The notes beneath the pieces were generated by a model. It was not told the origin of the DNA and made no database searches. It saw nothing but the letters and a program-made list of their open reading frames with translations. DNA of 63,642 bases, filler included. It is 5 parts of 5 records of this genome, joined end to end, with 100 filler letters (N's around TTAATTAATTAA, not from the genome) between each part and the next. Parts side by side here need not be neighbours in the genome. Positions count along the whole stretch, not along the records: positions 19,496 to 50,146 come from SRR20825010_6717; positions 50,247 to 58,294 come from SRR20825010_6719; 3 more parts are not named here. One strand, 5' to 3'. Both the position numbers and the translations under genes were made by a program. Position 1 is the stretch's first letter. Every line of letters begins with the position of its first letter. Below are positions 41,355 through 52,104 of this stretch, piece after piece.

Positions 41355-41385
41355 AAAGAGCTACCAATAGGTAGCTCTTTTTTTT
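41355..41385 (+). terminator. Rho-independent terminator
   Basis: AAAGAGCTACC / GGTAGCTCTTT stem plus T run. Confidence 0.8.
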
Positions 41386-41460
41386 ATTGTCTTATACCTA
41401 AATAAGTTGAACCCGTAGTTTTATTTTTAGAACTGGTTTGTATCTTCTTTACGGAATAAC

Positions 41461-41496
41461 AATTAAAAGGTCACCCAGTTGGGTGACCTTTTAATT
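41461..41496 (-). terminator. Perfect inverted repeat, terminator of the M61 peptidase
   Basis: AATTAAAAGGTCACCC-AGTT-GGGTGACCTTTTAATT, 16-bp arms. Confidence 0.8.
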
Positions 41497-41519
41497 ACCT
41501 TAATTCAAAATATGGGATC

Positions 41520-43427
41520 TCAATTCTTTGGTTCTAACCAAGCCTTCCTTAATTTGAGTTGAGCAGAAGTAGCATGCTCATCAAAGGCCAATGTAAGTGC
41601 TACAGGCACATCGATTTGTTGGTTTGGGGCTGTGAGTGTTATCTCTTTTGGCTCGCCATCTACGGTCCTCATTACTGTTACACTCATGGTTTTTAGTTCT
41701 GGGATTTTCTGAAACTGCCCGCCAAGGAAGTTATTGATTTCTGGTCCAAGCTCAGGAAGCTCGTCACCGTTCATTTTTGTAATAATATCACCGTTTTGTA
41801 ATCCCAGTGCTTTACCCATAGCATCGAGTTTATCTTGATTGCCAATCGCCAACATTCTTTTTCCGTTGTATTCAGCTGCGGCTATGCTTTCTTGGCTGAT
41901 GATTAATGAATATTGCTTTGTTGTACCGCCTTGAATTACATTTACTCCAACTTGAGCCAATACTTCTTCATAGTTGATTGGGGTGTTTCCTGCCACATAA
42001 GTGTTCAAGAATTCACCAACTTCAGGATAGGTCATTGCTATTATCTCACTGAACAATTGATCGTCTTGAAAAGACTTCTCCATGCCGTATTTTTTAGATA
42101 GCCCAGCCATCATGTCTTGTGCTCCATAAGCACCATCAGAAAGTTTTCTAAGCTTGATGTCTAAAGCCATTCCAATTAAGGCACCTTTCATGTACACGTT
42201 ATAGTATTGGTCGGCATACGTGTCTAAAGCGCCAAGGCTTAACTCTGTAAAAGGTAAATCATCTTTGAATTGTGACGAAGTAAGAATCTTATCTCTCATC
42301 ATATCTAAGTATTCTTCTGGGCTAACCAAACCGTATTTCACTTGTACGCTACCTGCAAAATACTCAGTCATTCCTTCATACATCCAAAGGTGTCGCGACA
42401 TTTTTGGGGCGTTAAAATCGAAGCTTCCAATTTCTTCAGAATGAATGGTCAATGGAGTTACGATATGAAAGAACTCGTGTGCGGCAAAATCACGCAGTTG
42501 TTGGTTCATTTGCTGAATGGTTTGCTCTGGCATAAAATAAAGCGAACTGAATGAATGCTCAAGGGCACCAAATGAGGCTACTGGTTGATCTGTGAAGTAG
42601 AAAATAAAAGCATATTTCTCTACAGGTAGTTTTCCGCCAAGGAAAGTACTTTGTGCGGCTAACACTTCCTTAATGCTAGCGGCAATTTCTTTAGCGGACA
42701 CCTTTTTGTTGGGGGAATAACTAGCAACAAGTACTTCTGTATTAGCTACTTTAATAACCGCTGTATCGGCTTTGCTATACATCAACGGGGAGTCAACCAA
42801 ACGATCGTAATCCGATACTTCAAACCTGTCAATTGTACTGTTTACATCAGGAGTAATGAAATCTTGCTTTCTTAATGATCGGCTTAAGCTGGTATTTGTA
42901 GCTTCTGCTTTTAAACCAGTGGCACCATAAAAATTCTTAGGGCGAATAATATTAAGCTCAAAGATTTCTTTTTTCATCCCCTCAAAGTAGCCAAAGAAAC
43001 CGCTTGAGTTTAAAAGGAAATTTTCCCCTTCAGCAATATTGGTTCCCGCAGGTTGGAATATCTCAGCACCCTCTTTTGGGTTATCGTAAGTGTCGTCTAC
43101 CCAATAGCTTATTTTGGTGATTTTCTTTGCATCACTGATTTTCCAAGTGTTGTCATCAAGTCTTTTTACTTCCAGGGGCTCGCCTTTTTTATCAAATGCT
43201 TCAAAATCAGACACCATACGACCGTAATCTGCGATGGCATAAGTACCAGGGATGATTTTTGGTAGGTAGAAAATGATTTCGTTTTGTTTAATTTTTGGAG
43301 GAGCCAGTTCTACATATACTTTATCATCCGACACGCGTGTGAGATCAATAATGTATTTGTATGGCTTAGCGGCCCATGTGAGTGTTGTGAATAGGAGACC
43401 TAAACAGATAAATTTGAGTTTGTTCAT
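41520..43427 (-). CDS. M61-family (glycyl aminopeptidase-like) metallopeptidase with PDZ-like C-terminus
   Basis: IIPGTY, GALEH, HEFFH, WMYEGMTEY, YMKGA and GLQNGDII. Confidence 0.9.
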   Translation of the reverse strand: MNKLKFICLGLLFTTLTWAAKPYKYIIDLTRVSDDKVYVELAPPKIKQNEIIFYLPKIIPGTYAIADYGRMVSDFEAFDKKGEPLEVKRLDDNTWKISDAKKITKISYWVDDTYDNPKEGAEIFQPAGTNIAEGENFLLNSSGFFGYFEGMKKEIFELNIIRPKNFYGATGLKAEATNTSLSRSLRKQDFITPDVNSTIDRFEVSDYDRLVDSPLMYSKADTAVIKVANTEVLVASYSPNKKVSAKEIAASIKEVLAAQSTFLGGKLPVEKYAFIFYFTDQPVASFGALEHSFSSLYFMPEQTIQQMNQQLRDFAAHEFFHIVTPLTIHSEEIGSFDFNAPKMSRHLWMYEGMTEYFAGSVQVKYGLVSPEEYLDMMRDKILTSSQFKDDLPFTELSLGALDTYADQYYNVYMKGALIGMALDIKLRKLSDGAYGAQDMMAGLSKKYGMEKSFQDDQLFSEIIAMTYPEVGEFLNTYVAGNTPINYEEVLAQVGVNVIQGGTTKQYSLIISQESIAAAEYNGKRMLAIGNQDKLDAMGKALGLQNGDIITKMNGDELPELGPEINNFLGGQFQKIPELKTMSVTVMRTVDGEPKEITLTAPNQQIDVPVALTLAFDEHATSAQLKLRKAWLEPKN

Positions 43428-43556
43428 AATGTTGAGTTTAAACACCAGAGGTTTGACATGCTCGGGCATTGATTTATGTTATAACTACAATATTAATGCT
43501 ATTGTGTAAATGGCATTACTCTTAAACAAGAAAAGTACAGATTTTGGTAGTAGGAC

Positions 43557-43590
43557 AAAAAAAAAGACCATCAATCGATAGTCTTTTTTT
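43557..43590 (-). terminator. Terminator after secG
   Basis: A-run-GAC...GTC-T-run inverted repeat. Confidence 0.55.
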
Positions 43591-43605
43591 AAAGTCTTTG
43601 TGTGC

Positions 43606-43956
43606 TTATTGGTTACCCGTTGTGTCAGGGACAGTTTGAGTTTCTGGCGTTACAGGAACAGGTTGTTGCATCGGTATCTCTTGGAGTGCCTTATCTATAT
43701 TAGGGTTATTGGAAAAGTCACTATTTCCATCGTCTACCATCATGCCTGATACCAAGCTGAGGGCTAACAAGGTTAGTGCAAAACCCCAAGTTACTTTTTC
43801 CAGTAAATCAGTTGTCTTCTTTGCTCCAATTACTTGGGTAGCGCCAGCCCCACCGAATTGGCTAGACAAACCGCCACCTTTAGAATTTTGAACCAATACG
43901 ATTAAAATTAAAAGTATGGCAACGATAATGGCAAGGATTATTAATAGCTTAAACAT
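43606..43956 (-). CDS. secG: Preprotein translocase subunit SecG
   Basis: LVQNSKGGGLS..FG and LLEKVTW. Confidence 0.93.
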   Translation of the reverse strand: MFKLLIILAIIVAILLILIVLVQNSKGGGLSSQFGGAGATQVIGAKKTTDLLEKVTWGFALTLLALSLVSGMMVDDGNSDFSNNPNIDKALQEIPMQQPVPVTPETQTVPDTTGNQ

Positions 43957-44785
43957 TCTGTACTTCCTTTATTTTTTGAATTTGGCTCGCAAAGTAAGTT
44001 CTTTTTTCAGGGAATTTCAAGCTTAGTTTTTCATAAATGTCAATAGCCCTGATATATTTTTTCTGTTTCAGTAATAATTTGGCCAGTGTTTCGGTGATGA
44101 ACTCGTCTTTCGACTTCATATGCTTGGCCGCAAGATCTTCTTGAGAGTATTCATTGTCCTCTCTGTTGCCCTTTTTGTTTTCAAAACGAGGTTCATTTTT
44201 GATAAATTTCTCGATCAGTTCAACTTGAGATCTATTGCTTTGCTGTTTTGTCTCTCGTTTGGTCTTTTCTATTTGTTCTTGCCCTTCAAACATCTTGGCC
44301 AACTGGAGTTTGCGCTCTTTGATTTCTAATAAGTCTTGCTCAAGCTGATTAATTTCTTGACTCTGCTGACTTACTACCAGTGGAGCTAAGATTTCTTTTC
44401 GCACCACTTTGTTGTCGGTTTTGACTACAGCATCTTCCTTGGCTTGGTCAACATCAATAGTTGCTGATTCCTGTGTTTTTATGGTTAATGGTTCAGAAGA
44501 TGTATTGATGTTTATTTTAGGTGAAGTATTCTTAGAGACATCTTCAAAGCTTATTTCACCGAGAATTATTTTTTTTAAATGGGCCCTACTAGGAGAATAG
44601 ATCGCTGCTTTTTTTATGAATGCATCTGTTTTAGGATGATTCCTATCTTTTAGTGCTTTAGCTACAAGCACATAGGGTGTTTGAAAGAAAGGATACTTTT
44701 TACGCAGCTCATTCAGGGATTTAATGTCCTTATTGGTGACTTGGTGTAGGTTGCCAAGAAGTTGATTAAACCTTTCTTTATTCAC
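43949..44785 (-). CDS. Conserved Bacteroidota hypothetical protein (TPR-like C-terminus)
   Basis: KYPFFQ..AAIYS N-terminus and TETLAK..QKKY..AI..YEKLSLKFPEKRTYFA C-terminus; GTG start inferred. Confidence 0.75.
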   Translation of the reverse strand: MNKERFNQLLGNLHQVTNKDIKSLNELRKKYPFFQTPYVLVAKALKDRNHPKTDAFIKKAAIYSPSRAHLKKIILGEISFEDVSKNTSPKININTSSEPLTIKTQESATIDVDQAKEDAVVKTDNKVVRKEILAPLVVSQQSQEINQLEQDLLEIKERKLQLAKMFEGQEQIEKTKRETKQQSNRSQVELIEKFIKNEPRFENKKGNREDNEYSQEDLAAKHMKSKDEFITETLAKLLLKQKKYIRAIDIYEKLSLKFPEKRTYFASQIQKIKEVQNV

Positions 44786-44822
44786 TAGTTTTTGTTTTGG
44801 GATGTCTAAAATAGAATGAAAA

Positions 44823-45356
44823 TTACCACTGGGCAACTGACTGTTGGAAAATATCTAAAATAATCTCCTTAAAAATCTGACTTACCAACTCTGGTTCCAC
44901 AGTTGTCAGTGAAGTGGTTTGAGGATCATAGTCAGCGTAAAAGCTAAAGGTACGCTTAAAACTCTCTTCTTCTTTATTCACATTGGTAAAGGCGACTTCT
45001 ACACCTATGGTCAATCTCATTAGACCCGACCTGTCGGCCACATTTTGGTTGCCTGATGATACAACGGCCTGAGGAGCAATATTGTATTGTGAAATTACTC
45101 CTTCAAACTGTAAATCGCCCTTGGAAGGCACTAATTCCAATTTGGTATTGCGCTGAAAATAATCCTTCATGTCTTCGGTAAAGGTCTGTCCCATATTTGG
45201 TAGCCCACCGTCAACCGCATCGTTAAAAAAATTTGCAATGGAAACGGTTTTAGTAGTATTGTAATCTATAGAGGCACCATTAAAACCATAAGAGCAACCA
45301 CAAAGTGTTGAAACCAGTAGGCCCAGACTTATTAAATATGACTTACTCAATTTCAT
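44823..45356 (-). CDS. lptE: LptE-family lipoprotein
   Basis: Lipobox CGC-SYGFNGASI, GDLQFEGVI and a terminal W; conserved position upstream of secG. Confidence 0.8.
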   Translation of the reverse strand: MKLSKSYLISLGLLVSTLCGCSYGFNGASIDYNTTKTVSIANFFNDAVDGGLPNMGQTFTEDMKDYFQRNTKLELVPSKGDLQFEGVISQYNIAPQAVVSSGNQNVADRSGLMRLTIGVEVAFTNVNKEEESFKRTFSFYADYDPQTTSLTTVEPELVSQIFKEIILDIFQQSVAQW

Positions 45357-46620
45357 ATTGCTTGATTTTACGATACAGCGTACGTTCAGAGATTCCTAAA
45401 TCTTTAGCTGCGTATTTTCTTTTATTATTATTCTTTTTCAAGGCTTTTATAATCAGTTCTTGCTCCTTCTTTTCAATGGATAACGACTCGTCTTCCATTT
45501 CATGTGTAATGTCCTCTACTTTATCTTCTTCGTAATCATAGTCGTCAGCAATTGGTTTGGGCTCTAAATAATAACTTTCATTTGTTTGCTTTTCAACTTG
45601 ATCGCTGAGTGGAGAGTTGCCGTCATCATCTATGTTTCTAAAAAGGTTCGGATGGTCACTAATACTCTTTTCGCTTAAATCACCAGACTCCAAAATATCA
45701 TGAACCAATTTCTTGAGTTCAGTCATGTCTTTTTTCATATCGAACAATACCTTGTAGAGCAGGTCTCTTTCACTCAGGCTATCTCCACCTTGGCCATTAT
45801 GTGCTTTGTATAATGCAGGCAAGCTCGACCTGTTTTGCGGCAAATATTTGACCAAAGTTTCAGCAGAAACGTGTCTCTCCATTTCTAGTGCAGAAATTTG
45901 CTCTACTAAATTTTTGAGCTGACGAATATTACCAGGGAAATTATAACGCAAAAGAATGTTTTTGGCTTCGTCATTGAGCTTAATAGATTCTACTCTATAT
46001 TTTTCAGCAAAGTCAGAAGCGAACTTTCTAAAGAGTAAATCAACGTCCGCTCCTCTGTTCCTTAATGGAGGAACAGAAATTGGAACTGTGCTTAATCGAT
46101 AGTATAAATCTTCTCTGAATTTACTGTTGTCAACGGCATCGAGTAAGTCTACATTGGTAGCTGCTACTACTCTCACATCGGTTTTCTGAACTTTGGAAGA
46201 ACCTACTTTGATGAATTCTCCATTTTCTAAAACTCGAAGCAAACGCGCTTGGGTGGACATTGGCATTTCACCAATTTCATCTAAAAAGATAGTGCCCCCG
46301 TCAGTTCCTTCAAAGTAACCTTTTCGGGCATCATATGCCCCTGTAAAGGAGCCTTTTTCGTGACCAAATAGTTCGGAGTCGATAGTGCCTTCAGGAATTG
46401 CCCCACAGTTAATAGCGATAAACTTACCGTGCTTTCTGGGGCTGAGCTGATGAATGATTTTCGAAAACGATTCTTTACCACTACCACTTTCACCAGTAAT
46501 CAATACAGTCATATCGGTAGGGGCTACCTGAGCTGCTACTTGAATGGCGTGGTTTAATTGGGGGCTATTCCCAATAATACCAAACCGTTGTTTTATGCTT
46601 AATATTTCGTTGCTATTCAA
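45343..46620 (-). CDS. Sigma-54-interacting Fis-family regulator without receiver domain
   Basis: GESGSGKE, ELFGHEKGSFTGA, FLDEIGE, FREDLYYRL, FPGNIRQL and a C-terminal HTH. Confidence 0.93.
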   Translation of the reverse strand: MNSNEILSIKQRFGIIGNSPQLNHAIQVAAQVAPTDMTVLITGESGSGKESFSKIIHQLSPRKHGKFIAINCGAIPEGTIDSELFGHEKGSFTGAYDARKGYFEGTDGGTIFLDEIGEMPMSTQARLLRVLENGEFIKVGSSKVQKTDVRVVAATNVDLLDAVDNSKFREDLYYRLSTVPISVPPLRNRGADVDLLFRKFASDFAEKYRVESIKLNDEAKNILLRYNFPGNIRQLKNLVEQISALEMERHVSAETLVKYLPQNRSSLPALYKAHNGQGGDSLSERDLLYKVLFDMKKDMTELKKLVHDILESGDLSEKSISDHPNLFRNIDDDGNSPLSDQVEKQTNESYYLEPKPIADDYDYEEDKVEDITHEMEDESLSIEKKEQELIIKALKKNNNKRKYAAKDLGISERTLYRKIKQYEIE

Positions 46621-46637
46621 AGTATAGGGATTGTGGG

Positions 46638-48107
46638 TTAGTCAACAGATTTTCCTAGTAGTGTGGCGGTTGTGCAGTCATCCACGAATACATTTACATA
46701 GTCTCCTTTCTTGAAGTTCTTTTTAGGAAAGATCACCACTTTATTTGCAGTACTTCTTCCACTAAGGTGTTCTTCGGAACGTTTTGATGTGCCTTCTACT
46801 AGCACCTTATGTACCTTGTTTAGGTCAAGTTTGTTTCGTTCGAATGAATATTTCCGCTGCCTATCGATAATCTCTTGTAGCCTTCTCTTCTTTACTGCCA
46901 ATGGAATATCGTCCTCATATTTTTTGGCAGCCAGCGTGCCGGGTCTTTCAGAATAGAAAAACATATAAGAGAAATCGAATTTTACATAATCCATCAAGGT
47001 TAGCGTGTCCTGATGTTCCTCTTCAGTTTCGCTACAGAAGCCAGCAATCATATCGGAAGATATACCACATTCTTCACCCAGAATTTCTCTAATGGCATCC
47101 ACTCTATTAATGTACCATTCTCGCGTGTAAGTCCTGTTCATCAGCTCTAACACTCTGCTGTTACCGCTTTGTGCAGGCAAATGGATGTAATTACAAATGT
47201 TCTCATACTTTTTCATGGTATGGAGCACTTCGTTGGTAATGTCTTTTGGATGCGAAGTAGAAAAACGAACCCTAAGGTCAGGGGATACTTTGGCCACCAT
47301 TTCAATCAAATTGGCAAAATTGATCACTACTTCGGCTTCGCCTTGTTTTTCCTTTTTCTCCAACCAAGCTTTATTGTTTTCCTCAGGAGACCATTTGTAA
47401 CTATCTACATTTTGGCCCAAGAGTGTTACTTCTCTATACCCTTGATCGAAAAGGTCTTTTGCTTCGCGAACAATTGAATGTGGGTCTCGACTTCTTTCAC
47501 GGCCTCTTGTGAACGGCACTACGCAGAAAGAGCACATATTATCGCAGCCGCGCATGATGGAAATAAATGCGTTAACTCCATTCGAGTTTAACCGAACTGG
47601 AGAAATATCGGCATAAGTTTCTTCTCTTGATAGGAGTGTGTTAATGGCTTTTAAGCCTTCTTCGGCTGAACCGACTAAGGTTGGCAGGTCGCGATAAGCA
47701 TCTGGCCCAACGACAAGGTCGACCAATTTTTCTTCCTCAAGAAGTTTGTCTTTTAGCCTTTCAGCCATGCAGCCCAAGACACCTATGGTGAGTTCAGGCT
47801 TTCTTTTCTTTATTTTATTGAAATCAGTTAATCGTTTTCTAACGGTTAGTTCTGCCTTTTCACGAATGGAGCAGGTGTTCAAAAAGATGACATCGGCTTG
47901 TTCAAATTCAGAGGTCGTGTCATAACCGTTGTCTTTCATTATGGAGCTTACAATCTCGCTATCAGCGAAATTCATTTGGCATCCATAGCTTTCAATGTAG
48001 AGTTTTTTTGCTTTGCCTGTGTTTTCTTCTTTCGAAGTCATCACAGTATCGGTTACTTCCTGATTATTTCTATCTAGAATGTCTATATCCTGAATAACGT
48101 TATCCAT
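46638..48107 (-). CDS. miaB: tRNA-2-methylthio-N6-dimethylallyladenosine synthase
   Basis: [28 protein letters not shown] radical SAM motif, and TRAM domain. Confidence 0.96.
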   Translation of the reverse strand: MDNVIQDIDILDRNNQEVTDTVMTSKEENTGKAKKLYIESYGCQMNFADSEIVSSIMKDNGYDTTSEFEQADVIFLNTCSIREKAELTVRKRLTDFNKIKKRKPELTIGVLGCMAERLKDKLLEEEKLVDLVVGPDAYRDLPTLVGSAEEGLKAINTLLSREETYADISPVRLNSNGVNAFISIMRGCDNMCSFCVVPFTRGRERSRDPHSIVREAKDLFDQGYREVTLLGQNVDSYKWSPEENNKAWLEKKEKQGEAEVVINFANLIEMVAKVSPDLRVRFSTSHPKDITNEVLHTMKKYENICNYIHLPAQSGNSRVLELMNRTYTREWYINRVDAIREILGEECGISSDMIAGFCSETEEEHQDTLTLMDYVKFDFSYMFFYSERPGTLAAKKYEDDIPLAVKKRRLQEIIDRQRKYSFERNKLDLNKVHKVLVEGTSKRSEEHLSGRSTANKVVIFPKKNFKKGDYVNVFVDDCTTATLLGKSVD

Positions 48108-48140
48108 TTACTTCTATCTCTATTCTACAAATTTGAACCG

Positions 48141-48148
48141 CAAATATA
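48141..48148 (-). promoter_or_regulatory. Bacteroidota -7 promoter element for miaB
   Basis: TATATTTG on - matches TAnnTTTG. Confidence 0.5.
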
Positions 48149-48265
48149 AGTGATTTGACTGAAGAAGCGCCAATATGGCAGAGAAGTGTTGGGCTAATGT
48201 GTTTAGGGATTGAAGGGTTGATGTGTTGATGTTTTTAAAAATAATTTTAAGAGATGATCAGTGAA

Positions 48266-48712
48266 TTAGATTTCGTCATATCGTTTGATTAAACGGTCGT
48301 AATCCGAATTTAAATCCAGATGAAAATCATTGTCCGTTTGCTCTAAATCCAGTTGTAGTAATGAAGAAATACCGAATCTGTTTTTGTCGGATAACACGAA
48401 AGAAGTGATGAACCCCTCTTCAGGGTAAATAACTACATCATGAAAAATTTGGAAGAGGCTGATGATTCTGTCGCCATATTCATATTGCATGTCTCGCATG
48501 TCAATCAATATAGCCAAAGGCTTAAAGGTGAGTAATGCCAACCCAATTTTTTGATAAAGAAAATTGCCGTAATGTTCTCCTTGAGAACCATGGCTACACT
48601 TGCCCTTTATTTCGACCCAAAGAATACTTTCTTCCTTATGTTCAAAGATGTCACAGGCAATTTCGGTGCAGGGAAGAATAGAAAGTTCTTGGTGTATGAA
48701 GCTATTTATCAT
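48266..48712 (-). CDS. Hypothetical protein
   Basis: 148-aa ATG ORF filling an intergenic gap; no family recognised. Confidence 0.55.
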   Translation of the reverse strand: MINSFIHQELSILPCTEIACDIFEHKEESILWVEIKGKCSHGSQGEHYGNFLYQKIGLALLTFKPLAILIDMRDMQYEYGDRIISLFQIFHDVVIYPEEGFITSFVLSDKNRFGISSLLQLDLEQTDNDFHLDLNSDYDRLIKRYDEI

Positions 48713-48980
48713 TTGTAATAGTGAGGTGTCATTTTCAAGATAAGATGTTTTTTAAATTAATTGGAACATTAAACCCTTACTGTTGTTGACTAAGTATAAT
48801 GAGCTACGCAAAACATATTAAATATTCGAAAAAGGTTACTTTTTCTAATTCTCGGACCCTTCCTGTGGTCTACTGCGTGTTCGTTAATTAATCTCTGAAA
48901 TCTATTATTGTCGCCACCGAGGTATTCGCCTGGGGCAGTTTGCTATAAGCAATCTTTAAATTCATTTAATAAACACAATC

Positions 48981-49808
48981 ATGAAAGTGCTAGTAATTGG
49001 TGCAGGAAATATGGGCTTAATCTATACGTCCTCCATCGCAAAATCGGGTTATTTAAAAAAGGAAAACCTGATCATCTTCGATAAATCTCTTGAGTTAAGA
49101 GAAACGCTTAAAAAGTCTACAGAAAATTATGAAGTCTACGATAGTCTAGAGGAATGTCTTCCTATAGCGGACATCATTTTTCTGGCGGTAAAACCTTACC
49201 ACAGCGATGAACTCATGCATGAAATGAGGGAAATGATGAATGACCAACAATTGGTGATTTCTATTATGGCAGGGATTACCATTGAAACCATTCAGCAAAG
49301 TTTGGGAATTACAAAAGTGGTGCGCGCCATGCCAAACCTGCCTGCACAAGTGGGTAAGGGAATGACGTCCTATTTGGCAGCACCAGAAGTTTCACGGATT
49401 GAACTGTGGAGAGTCGAAGATTTATTGAATACCACAGGAAAGTCTGTAAGAGTTGATTCTCAGCGCTTTATTGATGCTTCAACAGGTATTTCTGGTTCTG
49501 GGCCAGCTTATGTATTCTATTTCATGGAATCTATGATGGAAGCCGCTAAAAGCATGGGCTTCTCCGATAACGACTCAAAAGTATTGGTTAGCGCGACTTT
49601 CGAAGGAGCCATTGAACTGTTCAATAAGAATAAGCTTTCTGCGAATGGTTGGATGAAAAAAGTGAGCTCAAAAGGAGGTACTACCCAAGCAGCATTAGAC
49701 TCTTTGGATGACAATAATGTGCAACAGTTAATTCACGATGCCGCATATGCTGCCTTTAATAAAGCAATAGAATTAGGGCAAGAAGAAACAGAACTACAAG
49801 TAAAATAG
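48981..49808 (+). CDS. proC: Pyrroline-5-carboxylate reductase
   Basis: IGAGNMG, LAVKP, RAMPN, SGSGPAY and SKGGTT. Confidence 0.94.
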   Translation: MKVLVIGAGNMGLIYTSSIAKSGYLKKENLIIFDKSLELRETLKKSTENYEVYDSLEECLPIADIIFLAVKPYHSDELMHEMREMMNDQQLVISIMAGITIETIQQSLGITKVVRAMPNLPAQVGKGMTSYLAAPEVSRIELWRVEDLLNTTGKSVRVDSQRFIDASTGISGSGPAYVFYFMESMMEAAKSMGFSDNDSKVLVSATFEGAIELFNKNKLSANGWMKKVSSKGGTTQAALDSLDDNNVQQLIHDAAYAAFNKAIELGQEETELQVK

Positions 49809-49810
49809 TC

Positions 49811-50146
49811 GTGGTAAAATCAGGAAAAAAAAGAGTAGTAATAAAAGTAGGTACCAACGTACTGACCAATAAAGACAACCGTATTGTTAGACCTGTAATT
49901 CAGGGGATTGTAAGACAAATAGCAGAACTGTATGAAAGAGACATTCTTTCGGTCTTAATTTCATCAGGGTCTGTCATTGCTGGAAAAGAAATCCTAGGGC
50001 ATTCTAAGATTGAAGATAAGGCTATTAGAAGGCAAGTTTTCTCATCAGTAGGGCAACCGCGGATGATGCGGACCTATTATGAAACCTTCCATGATTACGG
50101 AATGAAGTGTGCGCAAGTATTGGCCACAAAAAGGGATTTTAACCCT
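49811..50146 (+). CDS. proB: Glutamate 5-kinase (3' truncated)
   Basis: VIKVGTNVLT, ISSGSV, VGQ and AQVL. Confidence 0.9.
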
Positions 50147-50246
50147 NNNNNNNNNNNNNNNNNNNNNNNNNNNNNNNNNNNNNNNNNNNNTTAATTAATT
50201 AANNNNNNNNNNNNNNNNNNNNNNNNNNNNNNNNNNNNNNNNNNNN
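50147..50246. other. Artificial contig spacer
   Basis: N run containing TTAATTAATTAA. Confidence 0.98.
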
Positions 50247-50247
50247 A

Positions 50248-50328
50248 AAAGTATCAGGTACGGTAAAAGGTACTATCTTTGCAGGCGTAAAAATCCTAGG
50301 TTGGATATTTAAATACAGTTTAAAATAA
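50248..50328 (+). CDS. C-terminal fragment of a GT2-family glycosyltransferase
   Basis: KVSGTVKGTIFAGVKILGWIFKYSLK-stop, ending just before the next ATG. Confidence 0.65.
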   Translation, partial: KVSGTVKGTIFAGVKILGWIFKYSLK

Positions 50329-50329
50329 T

Positions 50330-51814
50330 ATGGGACTAACAATTACTTACTTTATCATTGCGATTTACAGTATTTCATTACTATTGATATTCTTTTATAG
50401 TCTGGCCCAGCTTAATTTACTGGTCAACTATTTAGGATATAAAAGGAGAAATAAGGAGGCTCCAAAATACAATTTATTGGATCCAAAAGAAATACCATTT
50501 GTTACCATACAACTTCCTATATATAATGAGGAGTATGTAGTAGAGCGTTTATTGGACAATATTTCCAAAATAGAATATCCCATGAGCAAGTTGGAAATCC
50601 AGGTTTTGGACGATTCTACGGACGATTCCGTACATGACACTGCCAAGAGAATAAAAGCGCTTCAGGAAACAGGACTGGATATACAGCATATTAGACGGAC
50701 CAATAGGCAAGGCTATAAGGCAGGTGCCTTAAAGGAAGGTCTGGATATGGCCAAAGGGGAGTTTATTGCCATTTTTGATGCGGATTTCTTGCCTTCCAGT
50801 GATTGGTTGAAGAAAACTGTTATTTATTTTAAAGATCAGGAAATTGGTGTGGTGCAGACAAGATGGGGGCATATAAACAGGGAGTATTCCACTTTGACCC
50901 GTATACAGGCTTTTGCCTTGGATGCCCACTTTACATTGGAACAGGTAGGACGTAATGCCAAAGGACATTTTATAAATTTCAATGGTACCGCTGGTATCTG
51001 GAGAAAAGAATGTATTCTGGATGCTGGTAACTGGGAAGGTGATACCCTGACCGAGGATTTGGATCTTAGCTACCGTGCCCAATTAAAGAATTGGAAGTTT
51101 AAGTATTTGGAGGATGTAGAGACACCTGCAGAACTTCCTGTAGTAATCAGTGCTGCCCGTTCCCAGCAATTTCGTTGGAACAAAGGTGGGGCCGAAAACT
51201 TCAGAAAAACTGTTTGGAGCGTTATTTCTGCCAAGAACATTTCGTTCAAGACCAAGTTTCACGGGGTAATGCACTTGTTGAATAGCTCCATGTTCCTATG
51301 CGTATTTTTGGTGGCACTTTTAAGTATTCCCATGATGTATATAAAGAATACCTATGGTCACTTAGGATGGGTTTTTGAAGCTACCTCCTTCTTTATTCTG
51401 AGTACCGTAATCCTATTCGTTTGTTATTGGTTTACCTATAAGAGTATACAGGGCAGTAGTTTTGATAATTTTGTAGACTATATAAGAATCTTCTTTACGT
51501 TTTTCTCTGTGGCGCTCGGATTTTCTTTGCACAACTCCATTGCGGTCCTGGAAGGGCATATGGGCAAAAGATCTGAGTTTGTCAGGACCCCAAAATTCAA
51601 TTTGAACAGTATAACGGATAGCTGGAAAGGGAATAAATATTTGGCTACCAAACTTTCTCCCAATATGATTTTGGAAGCGGCCCTAATGCTTTACTTCCTT
51701 TTTGGAATGTATAGTGCCATTCCTTTGAACGATTTCGGGCTTTTCCCATTTCATTTCATGTTATTTTTGGGCTTTGGTTATGTATTCTTCAAATCCCTTA
51801 TGGCAAGAGCCTAA
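50330..51814 (+). CDS. Processive GT2 (cellulose synthase-like) glycosyltransferase
   Basis: QLPIYNE, LDDS, KAGAL, FDADF, TEDLD and QQFRW. Confidence 0.92.
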   Translation: MGLTITYFIIAIYSISLLLIFFYSLAQLNLLVNYLGYKRRNKEAPKYNLLDPKEIPFVTIQLPIYNEEYVVERLLDNISKIEYPMSKLEIQVLDDSTDDSVHDTAKRIKALQETGLDIQHIRRTNRQGYKAGALKEGLDMAKGEFIAIFDADFLPSSDWLKKTVIYFKDQEIGVVQTRWGHINREYSTLTRIQAFALDAHFTLEQVGRNAKGHFINFNGTAGIWRKECILDAGNWEGDTLTEDLDLSYRAQLKNWKFKYLEDVETPAELPVVISAARSQQFRWNKGGAENFRKTVWSVISAKNISFKTKFHGVMHLLNSSMFLCVFLVALLSIPMMYIKNTYGHLGWVFEATSFFILSTVILFVCYWFTYKSIQGSSFDNFVDYIRIFFTFFSVALGFSLHNSIAVLEGHMGKRSEFVRTPKFNLNSITDSWKGNKYLATKLSPNMILEAALMLYFLFGMYSAIPLNDFGLFPFHFMLFLGFGYVFFKSLMARA

Positions 51815-51836
51815 ATAAAATTTACAAAAGCTATTT

Positions 51837-51872
51837 AAAAGCCCTGTCCTTTTTAAGGAACAGGGCTTTTTT
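51837..51872 (+). terminator. Rho-independent terminator
   Basis: AAAAGCCCTGT..ACAGGGCTTTTTT. Confidence 0.8.
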
Positions 51873-52104
51873 AATTTTGAAATCCTTGAACAGGTTTAGA
51901 TCCTTAAACCATTAGTTAAGAAAGAGATAGGCCTACTCCAACGCGGTTATTGGAGCTGCTATCTCGGCTACTTACATTCGTGAATTTCAGAAAAACAAGG
52001 GTTTCATTGCCAAAATCAAAATTGAAAGCGCTGTTATTTGATAATTTCATTTAAATTTGGGAGATTGCTGAATTATTAAAGTGACCAAAAACTACCAGAC
52101 TTCT

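Noticed and set aside
41461-41496. 36-bp perfect palindrome as an operator or mobile-element end
   Set aside because: Its position just after a stop codon with A/T tails fits an ordinary terminator.
48908-49083. TTG-initiated Pro-rich ORF (LSPPRYSPG...) upstream of proC
   Set aside because: It has a weak start codon and runs out of frame deep into proC, which is not leader-peptide geometry.
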